From Candidatus Lustribacter sp. (GTDB lineage: Bacteria > Vulcanimicrobiota > Vulcanimicrobiia > Vulcanimicrobiales > Vulcanimicrobiaceae), in contig OZ255842.1 of assembly GCA_965277805.1 (NCBI GenBank), positions 5,216,001 through 5,280,000 on the forward strand: a DNA stretch of 64,000 nucleotides, in the 5' to 3' direction. The notes beneath the pieces were generated by a model. That model had not been told where the DNA came from. It searched no databases and was given only the letters and a program-made list of their open reading frames with translations. Position numbers and translations under genes: made by a program. The stretch's first letter is position 1. Every line of letters begins with the position of its first letter. This document shows positions 17,120-26,700 of the stretch, in pieces.

Positions 17120-19784
17120 TAGCGGGGCCATGTTCGCGCAGGCGTTGCTGCAGTGTTTCCAATGAGCCGGGCCTTGCCAATAAGTAGCCTTGACCCAGCC
17201 GGCAACCATGGTCTAAAAGCCAGCGCAACTGCTCTTCGGTTTCGATGCCTTCCGCGAGCGTCGTGAGGCCGAAACGGTTCGTTAGCTGCAGCAACAGTTC
17301 CGTAATGGCGCCGTCGTGTTCGTCGTGAGGTAGCCCGATCACGAACGAGCGGTCGATCTTTATGACGTCTACGATGAGCTGCTTCAGATACGATAGTGAT
17401 GAATGCCCGGTGCCGAAATCGTCAATCGCGACGGATAAGCCCCACTTCCGAAGCAGGCTAATCGTGTGCATTGCTCCGTCAATGTTCTGCATCGCGGTCG
17501 TTTCCGTCATTTCGACACCCAAATGTGCTGCGAGTCCCGGTGCCGCACGCAGTGCCTCGTTCAAGTCCGCGATAAACGTGAAATCGTCGAGCGTCTGCGC
17601 CGCGACGTTGAAATATACACGAAAACCACTCGGGAGTACGACACCCCCGGTGAAATCACGTATGAGCCGCTGGAGTACCCACCGAGTCAAAGGATTGATC
17701 AATCCGTTACGCTCGGCGGTTGGAATGAATTCTGCCGGCAAGAGCCGGCCCCGCTCCGGATGATCCCAGCGAACCAAGGCTTCGGCGCCGGTAACCGTCC
17801 GCGTTGCTAAGTCGAACGTCGGCTGATACACGAGCGCGAGCTGATCACCAGCGATGGCGTCGGCGAGCTCCACAAGGCGCACGCGCGATTCTTCCAAGAT
17901 CGTTTCCATCGAATGGTCGAAGGAGACGGTCGTCGAGCCATTGCGGGCCTTCGCGACACTGAGTGCCACGTCGGCCCGGCGCATCAGTTCCTCGGGAGTC
18001 GTCCCGTCTTCGGGAAAGCTCGCAGAGCCGATCGATGCTCCGACTTTGAGCATGCGCGTCCCTTCGCGATCGCCCGTGTGAAACGGCGTATGAAACTGTT
18101 CGGCATATTTTTCAAGCGCGCTTGCGGTCGAAGCCGGGGTTTCTACACCGGATAGGAGGACTCCGAATTCGTCGCCATTCATGCGCGCGACGAGATCGTT
18201 TGCATTGACGGCTGCAAGAGTCATGGCGATCTCCACCAGGACTTCGTCGCCGAGCATGTGTCCATGACGTTCATTGATTTGGCGAAATGCGTCGAGGTTG
18301 ATGAATGCCAGCGTGAACCGGTTCTTGCGATTTAGCTCGTTGCGGATAGCATTTCTAAATTGTGCCCGATTGTGAAGTCCCGTAAGCGCATCGTGCTCGA
18401 TCTGAAACTGAATGCGTTCGAACTGCAGTGCCTCGGAAAATCGCGTCGCAAAGAATGAGGCGACGACGTCGATGTATGCTTTGTCGTCTTCGGCGAACGG
18501 CCGATCCGTCATCGGCTCAGGGGAACCGAAACTGAGGAAATACGTCTTGCGGCCGATCGTTACCGTCGTTCCGATATAGCTCTGCCAGCCGGCTTCACTC
18601 CAGGCCTTTCCGTCGCCGTTCATGACCGTCAGATCGTCCCAGGCGGTCGTACGGGTTTCGGTTAGTAGAAGGGCGCTCATCGTGTTTTTCAGTGCGAACG
18701 TCGCGCCTGGAAAGATCGAGTCCATGAAACGCTGCGTATGCGGTTCGGATGCACTCCACGACGTTGCGTCAACGATGACTTGTTGATCGTCAAGGTGTGA
18801 AAGGCAGCCGAACATCGCTTTGCCCGGTCGAATTGCAATCGTTGCGGTCTGTAAGATCGCATCGAACGCGAGTGCTGAGGGCCCCCCCTTCGACGCAATA
18901 GCCCAAATCGCCCGAATCCGGTCTGCACGCAACGATGCCTCGTGGGCAAGCTGCTTGGAGGCCAATTCTGCGCCGTGGAGCTCGATACGTGCGTCTATGA
19001 GCGCGCGCATAGCGGACCACAAGACGAACGAGGCTCCAAACAAGAGCAAGACTCGCCCGACGTAGTATGACCCGCTATAGCGATGCCCCCCCGCCAGAAA
19101 CAACGTGAACTCAAACGTGATGGCGAGCAGCGAAAATGCCAGCGAGCGTTCGATCGTCGTCGGGCCCGCGATTCCGACGGCAAGCCATGTGGCGAGGCCG
19201 AGCAGGAGCACGGTGGCCGGTCCCACTCCGGTCGACATGAGGCGGGCGACCGATGCGTGCGAGGCTAGCGCCGGTAGACGGTCGACCCAGACAAAGGCGG
19301 TGGCAACTGCCAAGGCAACCACCGCAGTCGCGATGCTGGTCGCAGCCACGGTAAAACGCTTCGAAGGATGCCCGGCATCATCGCGCCGGCGAAATACGAC
19401 ATAGGAGAGGGCCCCGGCGCTCGCGACCACGTGCCAAAAAACGTAAAGCCAGATTCCCGTTTGCTCTGAAACGTCCAGCATTGGTGCATTTTCCGGCATC
19501 AACGGCAGTGTTGCCATCGCCAGAAGTAAGATTATCGCGCACGCACCGAACGAGAGGCCGAGCACGAACGTCGAACGCTTGCCGGACGCATAGCGCCAAG
19601 TCGAAAGCAGGACGAAAGCCGTTGCAGCGTCGCCGACTACCGCCATTGCGTAAGCGATGGGCGCCAGACCGGCTAAACGAAGGATCGGAGTGTTCGGAGA
19701 AACCGCGCCGGCGACGGCGAACGCGACGATGCACGCCGCCAATAGAAGGCTGTGGCGGCTGTTTACCGCCAGCTTAAAAAACAC
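17082..19784 (-). CDS. membrane sensor (MASE4-like multi-TM domain, GAF-like) GGDEF-EAL protein; probable c-di-GMP phosphodiesterase
   Basis: Several hydrophobic N-terminal helices; HDALTGLHNR; degenerate ARMNGDEF; intact YQP, AEALVRW, DDFGTGHSSL, KIDRSF, AEGIE. Confidence 0.88.
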   Translation of the reverse strand: MFFKLAVNSRHSLLLAACIVAFAVAGAVSPNTPILRLAGLAPIAYAMAVVGDAATAFVLLSTWRYASGKRSTFVLGLSFGACAIILLLAMATLPLMPENAPMLDVSEQTGIWLYVFWHVVASAGALSYVVFRRRDDAGHPSKRFTVAATSIATAVVALAVATAFVWVDRLPALASHASVARLMSTGVGPATVLLLGLATWLAVGIAGPTTIERSLAFSLLAITFEFTLFLAGGHRYSGSYYVGRVLLLFGASFVLWSAMRALIDARIELHGAELASKQLAHEASLRADRIRAIWAIASKGGPSALAFDAILQTATIAIRPGKAMFGCLSHLDDQQVIVDATSWSASEPHTQRFMDSIFPGATFALKNTMSALLLTETRTTAWDDLTVMNGDGKAWSEAGWQSYIGTTVTIGRKTYFLSFGSPEPMTDRPFAEDDKAYIDVVASFFATRFSEALQFERIQFQIEHDALTGLHNRAQFRNAIRNELNRKNRFTLAFINLDAFRQINERHGHMLGDEVLVEIAMTLAAVNANDLVARMNGDEFGVLLSGVETPASTASALEKYAEQFHTPFHTGDREGTRMLKVGASIGSASFPEDGTTPEELMRRADVALSVAKARNGSTTVSFDHSMETILEESRVRLVELADAIAGDQLALVYQPTFDLATRTVTGAEALVRWDHPERGRLLPAEFIPTAERNGLINPLTRWVLQRLIRDFTGGVVLPSGFRVYFNVAAQTLDDFTFIADLNEALRAAPGLAAHLGVEMTETTAMQNIDGAMHTISLLRKWGLSVAIDDFGTGHSSLSYLKQLIVDVIKIDRSFVIGLPHDEHDGAITELLLQLTNRFGLTTLAEGIETEEQLRWLLDHGCRLGQGYLLARPGSLETLQQRLREHGPAIRTAASRVLRRS

Positions 19785-19925
19785 GGTCCCCCGTCTCGCG
19801 CGAAACTCAGTGCGTCAAAAGAGAACCGACGAACCGATCTATCGAGCGTCCACCCATTTCAGGCTACCATACAATTTACTGATCCTTGGAGCGTTAGCGT
19901 ACGCAAGCAGCGTTTCACAGGCTCC

Positions 19926-21044
19926 CTACAGGCCCCAGGGCCACGGGAAGCCGATCGTCAGCGCGCCTTCGAGGGTGGTGGCGCCGTTGAACGTGTGCTT
20001 GTTCTCGATCAGCAGCCGCGCGTGACGGCCGAGTTGCGTGGCGGCGTAGATTACGACATCGCGCGTCGCCGTCGGCGTCGCCGCGGAGTCATACCGCGTG
20101 CCGAGATAGGCATGATTGCCGAGGGCATAGCGGATGCGCGCGAAGCCGCCGCTCGAACCGAACGCCGTTCCGAAACCGTCGGCATCCGCATCGTGGCCCC
20201 ACCACTGCTCGGTGAGCATGCTCCAATGCGCGCGATGGAGATCGAGTCCCACCGCATCGCGCCGGTAGCCGTCGAGAAACGCGCCGGTGCCGCTCGGGAA
20301 GATCTCGCGCGAGCCCTCCATGGCATCGCCGCTAAGGGTCGCCCAATCGGTGACCGGCGTGCGCACGAACAAGCCGATTTCGGGCCGGCCGGCGCGCGTG
20401 TTGATCCCGGTGTTGATCGGTGCGCCGCCGTATGCTGCGCCTTTGAATTCGCCGACCGCGAAGGTACCGTCGATCACGGTGCTGCCTGCGTGTTGCTCGA
20501 CCTCGACACCTAGGCGCGGTTGCGCGAGCGTGAGATCGTTGAGCCCGACGTGTGAGCCTTCGTAGCCGTAAGTGGCCAAGTCGTCGAGTCGTTGACCCGG
20601 TGAGTGAATCAGCGGTAATTCGTAGAGGCCGGTGCGGATCAACGTTTTGGAATGCTGCAGATACGTTGCCGCGTAGGCGAGATAGGCACCCGACGGTCCG
20701 CCCTGCGCGCCGAGGTTGTAGTGCAGAAAGAGGCTGATGCGGCCGACGTCGGCGTTGGAAAGGAGCACGCCGCCCGGCACCAACGGGCGCGCACCCGGAG
20801 CCGGATCGCGATCGTCTTCGAGCTGGTAGCGGAACGCAATCCCCGTCGTGCCGTGTTTACGAATCGGCAGTTGATAGCCGTGGTCGCGAAACGCGTTGCC
20901 GAACGCGTTGAGTTCGGGCAGCACGCTGTGGCAGGCTTCGCACTTCATCTGATAGCGTTGCGCGAAGAGTGGAATCGCCGCTGCGGGCTGCGGTGCGCAT
21001 ACCGCGAACAACACGAGCGCTGCGAGCAGAAGTCTACTGAACAA
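19926..21044 (-). CDS. Cyc2-like fused monoheme cytochrome c / outer-membrane beta-barrel protein
   Basis: Signal peptide ending AAA, then IPLFAQRYQMKCEACHSVLPELNAFGNAFRDHGY, then amphipathic beta-strand-like segments. Confidence 0.75.
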   Translation of the reverse strand: MFSRLLLAALVLFAVCAPQPAAAIPLFAQRYQMKCEACHSVLPELNAFGNAFRDHGYQLPIRKHGTTGIAFRYQLEDDRDPAPGARPLVPGGVLLSNADVGRISLFLHYNLGAQGGPSGAYLAYAATYLQHSKTLIRTGLYELPLIHSPGQRLDDLATYGYEGSHVGLNDLTLAQPRLGVEVEQHAGSTVIDGTFAVGEFKGAAYGGAPINTGINTRAGRPEIGLFVRTPVTDWATLSGDAMEGSREIFPSGTGAFLDGYRRDAVGLDLHRAHWSMLTEQWWGHDADADGFGTAFGSSGGFARIRYALGNHAYLGTRYDSAATPTATRDVVIYAATQLGRHARLLIENKHTFNGATTLEGALTIGFPWPWGL

Positions 21045-21468
21045 CGATTTCGCCCCGCATCGGATGGCCGTAGTGAAAGAAACAACCGAACAAATACGTA
21101 CCGGGCTGGTCGGCCGTAAACACCGGCGACGCCGCGCCGGCTTGCAGCGTGCCGCTGCTCCAGCCGGCAGAGAGCGCCGAACCCGACGCGGTCAGCGCCG
21201 AGCCGTCGAACGGTGATGCGGCTGGAAACGTCGAGCCGGCGATCGACGTCGCGGTGTGCGCGAACGAATCGGTGTTGACGAACTGTACGTGCGTTCCGAC
21301 AGCGACCGTCAGCACGTCGGGAGAATAGCCGTTCATGAACGACGTCAGGTTAACGGAAATTGTCTGCGCGTTTGCAGCGCCGGCGCCGCTGCCGGCTGAC
21401 GGCGCACCGAAGGTGCAACCGCTCAATGCAACGACGAGGACGAGTGCCGAAAGCCGGTGCGCGTTCAC
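21034..21468 (-). CDS. cupredoxin (plastocyanin-type) lipoprotein
   Basis: Lipobox LSGC; NTDSFAHTAT; GTYLFGCFFHYGHPMRGEIVVQ (C-x2-H-x4-M). GTG 21468 follows a TATCAT box. Confidence 0.85.
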   Translation of the reverse strand: MNAHRLSALVLVVALSGCTFGAPSAGSGAGAANAQTISVNLTSFMNGYSPDVLTVAVGTHVQFVNTDSFAHTATSIAGSTFPAASPFDGSALTASGSALSAGWSSGTLQAGAASPVFTADQPGTYLFGCFFHYGHPMRGEIVVQ

Positions 21469-21563
21469 GCCGCCATGATAAAGTCGTTCGCTTGAAAAAG
21501 GACTGAACGCGAGCACGCGCTGCGTTCAGGCATCGTTCAACCAAGCATTGTAGGCTCGGTTGC

Positions 21564-22178
21564 ATGAAACGTTTAGGACTTCTCGCAGCATGTGCGGGGC
21601 TTTCAGTCGTGGTTGCGGCATGCGGCGGCGGCAGCGGCGGTAGCGGCGCCTCCACTGCGCTCACGACCCCGATCCCAACCGCGACGCCTGCATCGCAAAC
21701 GACGGCGACCCCGCAACAAATCGAGATGGCGCTGCCGGGCGGTACCGGCATCGGTACGGAAACCGATCCGACATTCGGCGCGATCGCCGGCTACACGCAG
21801 CAAACGTACTCGCAAGTTCTGGCGTTCGTGCCGGGTGCGCAAATCATGATCGTCAACGGTCAAGCCGCATCGAGCGCGACGCCGCACACGCTCAACGTTC
21901 TTTCGCAAACTTCGTTTCCGGCGAATCCGACGTTGACGACGACCGCCGCCGGTGGATCGACGATCGCCGCCGGGTTCCAAACCGGCGTCGTTGCCGCGGG
22001 AACCACGGTCGGGCCGTTCACATTGACGGCCGGCCTCTACTATATCGGGTGCGGCTTCCACTATCTCTCGAACGGCATGCGAACGGTGCTTGACGTTGCG
22101 GTGGCGGCGACGCCCGGCCCGCAAGCGACGCCGGTGCCGACGCAAGCGGTCCTGCCGAACAACCCCTACGGCTACTGA
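21564..22178 (+). CDS. cupredoxin-domain lipoprotein with Pro/Thr/Ala linkers
   Basis: Lipobox VAAC-GGG; PHTLN; GLYYIGCGFHYLSNGMRTVL (C-x2-H-x5-M). Confidence 0.78.
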   Translation: MKRLGLLAACAGLSVVVAACGGGSGGSGASTALTTPIPTATPASQTTATPQQIEMALPGGTGIGTETDPTFGAIAGYTQQTYSQVLAFVPGAQIMIVNGQAASSATPHTLNVLSQTSFPANPTLTTTAAGGSTIAAGFQTGVVAAGTTVGPFTLTAGLYYIGCGFHYLSNGMRTVLDVAVAATPGPQATPVPTQAVLPNNPYGY

Positions 22179-22726
22179 TGCGCCGGCTCGCAAAGTTCGC
22201 GCTGCTCGTCGCGTTCCTCGGCACGCTCGCTGCGCCCGCAGCGAGCGCTGCGGCGGGACGCGCGGTCGGTGACATTCCCCTGGTCGATCAGTCCGGCGTG
22301 CCGTTTCACTTGAGCGAACTCGTCGGGCGTCCGGCGGCGATCACGTTCTTTGCTACGCGCTGCCAAGATACATGCCCGATCGTCAACGCGGTGTTTGCGC
22401 GCCTGTCGCGCGCGTCGCTGCACGCGCGGCTGGTGACGATCTCGCTCGATCCCGGCTACGACACGCCGTTCGTCATCGCGAATTACGCCCGTGCGCTGCA
22501 AGCACGCACGCCCGCGTGGCACTTCGTCACCGGCAAACCGGCCGACGTCGCGAGCGTGCTCGCGGCCTTCGGCGTCGTGCTCGAGAAGGGTTCCGACGGC
22601 ATTCCGGATGCGCACAGCGACATGATCTACATTCTCGACCATCGGGGCCAGCTCGCGAACACGGTTCCGCTCTCGACGCATTCGTTCGCCGATCTCCGGA
22701 GCGCGTTGACGAAGCCTTCGCTCTAG
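22178..22726 (+). CDS. SCO/SenC family copper chaperone
   Basis: LVDQSG, FFATRCQDTCP (CxxxC), ISLDPGYDTP, AHSDMIYILD; signal peptide. Confidence 0.88.
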   Translation: MRRLAKFALLVAFLGTLAAPAASAAAGRAVGDIPLVDQSGVPFHLSELVGRPAAITFFATRCQDTCPIVNAVFARLSRASLHARLVTISLDPGYDTPFVIANYARALQARTPAWHFVTGKPADVASVLAAFGVVLEKGSDGIPDAHSDMIYILDHRGQLANTVPLSTHSFADLRSALTKPSL

Positions 22727-22758
22727 GAGTCTTCCGGCGACATCGGAAAGCGCCGGAA

Positions 22759-23751
22759 ATGAAGATGCGTAAGCTTGGCTCGGCCGGCCCTGAAGTGTCG
22801 GCCATTGCGCTCGGATGCATGGCGATGTCGGGTGTCGGAGGTCCCACCGACCGCGGCGAGAGCATCGCTACGATTCATGCAGCGCTCGATGCGGGCATCA
22901 ACCTGCTCGATACCGGCGACTTCTACGGCAGCGGGCACAATGAATTGCTCATCGCCGAGGCGCTGCGCGGCCGCAAGCGCGACGACGTTCTGCTGAGCGT
23001 GAAGTTCGGTGCGATGCGTGCGCCGGCCGGGCAGTGGGGCGGTGGCTACGATGCGAGCCCGGGAGCCGTGAAGAACTGGCTCGCGTATTCGCTCGTGCGC
23101 CTGGGCGTCGACTGCATCGATATCTACCGGCCGGCGCGACTCGATCCGCAGGTCCCAATCGAAGAAACCGTCGGCACGATCGCCGAGATGGTCAAAGCGG
23201 GCTACGTGCGCTACATCGGGCTCTCCGAAGTTTCGGCGGCGACGATCCGGCGCGCAAACGCGGTCCATCCGATCGTCGATGTGCAGCTCGAATACTCGCT
23301 GTTCACGCGCGGCATCGAAGACACGATTCTGCCGGCGTGCCGGGGGCTTGGAATCGATATCACCGCGTACGGCGTGCTCGCGCGTGGATTGTTTGGCGGA
23401 TCGATGGCCCAAACGCGAACGTCGACGCGCGCGAGCTTACCGCGCTATACGGGCGAGAACCTCGAGAAGAATCTGGCGCTGGCCGACGCATTGCGAGCCG
23501 TCGCGAATGCGAAGGACATCTCTCACGGCCAAATCGCCATCGCCTGGGCGTTACATCAGGCTGCGGAGATCGTGCCGGTGATCGGCGCGCGCACGCGCAC
23601 GCAGCTGGCCGATGCGCTCGGCGCGTTGGACGTCACGCTGACCGCGGGCGACCTCGCCGCAATCGAAGCCGCCGTTCCGAAAGGCGCGGCCGCCGGCGAG
23701 CGCTACAACCCCCACCAAATGCGCGAACTCGATTCCGAAGTGCGCGTCTAG
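22759..23751 (+). CDS. aldo/keto reductase
   Basis: ALGCMAM, DTGDFYG, SVKFG, IDIYRPAR, YIGLSE; ATG 22759. Confidence 0.9.
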   Translation: MKMRKLGSAGPEVSAIALGCMAMSGVGGPTDRGESIATIHAALDAGINLLDTGDFYGSGHNELLIAEALRGRKRDDVLLSVKFGAMRAPAGQWGGGYDASPGAVKNWLAYSLVRLGVDCIDIYRPARLDPQVPIEETVGTIAEMVKAGYVRYIGLSEVSAATIRRANAVHPIVDVQLEYSLFTRGIEDTILPACRGLGIDITAYGVLARGLFGGSMAQTRTSTRASLPRYTGENLEKNLALADALRAVANAKDISHGQIAIAWALHQAAEIVPVIGARTRTQLADALGALDVTLTAGDLAAIEAAVPKGAAAGERYNPHQMRELDSEVRV

Positions 23752-26700
23752 TTACGAAACGGCGCGGAGCGGGCGTGGCGGGGCGCCGGGCATGAGGCCG
23801 CTGGTTACTGCCAGGGGATCGTAGGCGGCTACTTCCGGCGCGTCGGCGTCGCCGGTGTTGCCGCTGCGGCGGGCGGCGCGGAGCGCTTCGATCGCGTCGG
23901 GCAGCGCGTACTGCTCGCCGACGTAGCCGGCGACGAAGCGGCCGCCGCGGATCTCACCGCGCGCTTCCATCTTGCGCAGCGCGGCGAGGATCTCGCGCCA
24001 CGGCGGCGCCAGCGTTTCGCGCTTGACGATATCGCGGAACACGACGCCCCAGCGTGCGAGCAGGCGTCGCGCAAACGCGTCGGCGTCGAGGTGATCCAGT
24101 TCCGATTCGAGCAAGGACCAGCGGCCGCCGGACGAGCGCGGGCGCGCGCGCATGCCGCTCTCGCCCAAGCGCCGTTTGCGATCGGCCAGCGCACGTAGCG
24201 CATCGAAGCCATCGGCAGTGACGAGTCCGGCCGCGACCAGCTGCCAGAGTGCCTCTTCCACTTCGGCCGGCAGACGTTTGGTGCCGCGCACGATGTCGGC
24301 AAAGAACGGCGCACCACGTTGCGCGATCTCGGCGAGCACTTCACGTGCGGCATGCGAGAGCGCGGGCGACTCATCGCCCTTGCGCAAGATCAATTCCCCG
24401 GCGTGTTCGCGCGCGAACAGCGCGATCGGCGCGAGTTTCGTCGGGCGGATGCGGCGCTGGCGGCCGTCGGCCGACGGCGTGAACGCCGGATGCGCCGAGA
24501 GACGGCCCCACATCACGTCGCCGGAGTAGCAGAGTTTGTCGAGATAGTCGCGCTTGTAGTCTGCGACGCGCGCCGGCAGCACGGTCGTCTCCCACGCCGC
24601 CGCCGGGATCTCGTAGCCCTCGAGTTGGCGGATGACGGCCAGGGTGCCGTCGACGCCGTGCAGACGCGACGTGGGCGCGACGTGCTGCCAGCGGAAGAGA
24701 AAGCGCACGTAGTCGGCCGTCGCGACCGGCTCGATCTCGCGGCGCAGCGCGCCGAGCGTCATGCGGTGAATGCGCGCCAGCACGCGGCGATTGCACCATT
24801 CCTCGACGTTATCGCGGAAGCGTCCGCGCAAGACCGCGCCTTCCGTCTCGATGCGGATCAGCGCCATCTCGACCATGCTAGCATCGAGGGAGAGGCGCGC
24901 GGCGAGTCCGTCGACCGTCACGGGTCCGCTCGATTCGAGCCACCCGCGTAGCATCTCCGCAACGGCTTCATCCGGCTGTTCGGGCAACGGGATCGTCGTG
25001 GCGAGTGCGGGCGTTTCCGTTTCGGCAATCGCTTCGGGGTAAATCATCCGCGTCAGCTCGCGACGTTCGGCGCACGTCCACAGCGTAGCATTGCCGACGG
25101 TGAGTGCGGTTGCGCGATGCGCGGAAACGAGTTCGTCGAACCATGGCTGCCACGCCTCGATGGGCGGCACGGCCACCAGCGTCAGCAGCGCGTCGTGCAG
25201 TTCGTCGGCGTCGCGCACCAGCGGCCACGACGATTCCGCCACCTCGGCGATCGCCGCCGGATCGAGCAAGCTCGATGCGTCGGCCGTGTTACGCGCCGTG
25301 TTGCGCAATGTGACCGCGCGCGTGCGCCGCTCTTCGAGCGGTGCGTCGTCGAGGTAGGCATACGGGTTGGCGTTGAGGATCTCGTGGCAGAAGGCCGAGG
25401 GCTCGGGCGTGTCGACCGCGAGCGTGCGGATCGCGCCGTTCTCGATGTCGCGCAGCACCGTGAGGAGACCGTCGATGTCCATCGCCTCGCGCAGGCAGTT
25501 GTCGATCGTCTCGTTGACCAGCACGTGATCTGGCACGCGGATTGGACCGGTTAGGTTCTCGCCGCACGCGGCCGCATCGGGAAAGCACGCCGCGAGCAGA
25601 TCTTCGGCGCGCATGCGCAGGAAGTTCGGCGGCACCTTGCGGCCGCCGGTGAAGCGCAGGATCGCGAGCGCGCGCAGTGCGTTCCAGCGCCAGCGCGCAC
25701 CGAATATCGGCGCGGCCAGCAGTGCTTGCGTCAGCGTGTCGACGGCGCTCGCCGACTTCACGTACTCGAACACCGCTTCGAGCGGAAAGGCGTGCTGCTC
25801 GGTCAGCGAGATCACGATGCCGTTGTCGTTGGCGGCGGCCTGCAGTTCGACGTTGAACGAGCGGCAGAACTTCTTGCGCAGCGCGAGGCCCCACGCGCGG
25901 TTGATGCGCGCGCCGAAAGGCGTGTGCAGAATCAACTGCATGCCGCCCGCTTCATCGAAGAAGCGCTCCGCAATCAGCGTGGTGTCGGTCGGCACGGCGC
26001 CGAGGATCGCCCGGCCCGCGCGGATGTAGGCCACGGCCTGCTCCGCGCCGGCAGCGTCGAGCGCGCACCGCGACTGCAGCCACGCCTTCGCGTCGTCGTC
26101 GTCGCGCTCGTCGATGGCAGTGCGGATGGCGGCGACTTCGCGCGAGAGCTCGATCGTGCGGCCCAGGCCCTCGCCGTTCCAGAACGGGATCGACGGCGGC
26201 GCACCGTGCGCGTCCTGCACGCGAACGACGCCGGTCTCGACGCGGCGGATCATCCACGAGGTGGTGCCGAGCAAGAAGATGTCGCCGGCCATGCTCTCGA
26301 CGGCGAAGTCTTCATCGAGCGTGCCGATCACGATGCCCTCGGGTTCGGCCACCACGTTGTAATTTGCGGTCTCGGGGATCGCGCCGCCGGAGGTGATGGC
26401 GGCGATGCGCGCGCCTTTGCGCCCGCGCAGGCGTCCGTTCACCCGGTCGTGATGGAGATACGCCCCGCTGCGGCCGCGTGAGGTGGCAATGCCGTCGGCC
26501 AGCATCGCCACGACGTCGTCGAAATCTTTGCGCTCGAGATCGCGATAGGGATAGGTCGTGCGCACCGCCGCATAGAGCTCGTCGACGTCCCAGTCATCGC
26601 CCGCGCACGTCGCCACGAGCTGTTGCGCCAGGATGTCGAGCGGCGCGTCGGGGATGCACAGCGCGTCCATCGTGCCGCTGCGAATTGCGTTGACCAGCGC

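Noticed and set aside
23749-23754. Abutting stop codons of AKR and lhr, and other short convergent overlaps
   Set aside because: Common in this compact genome; no extra structure seen.
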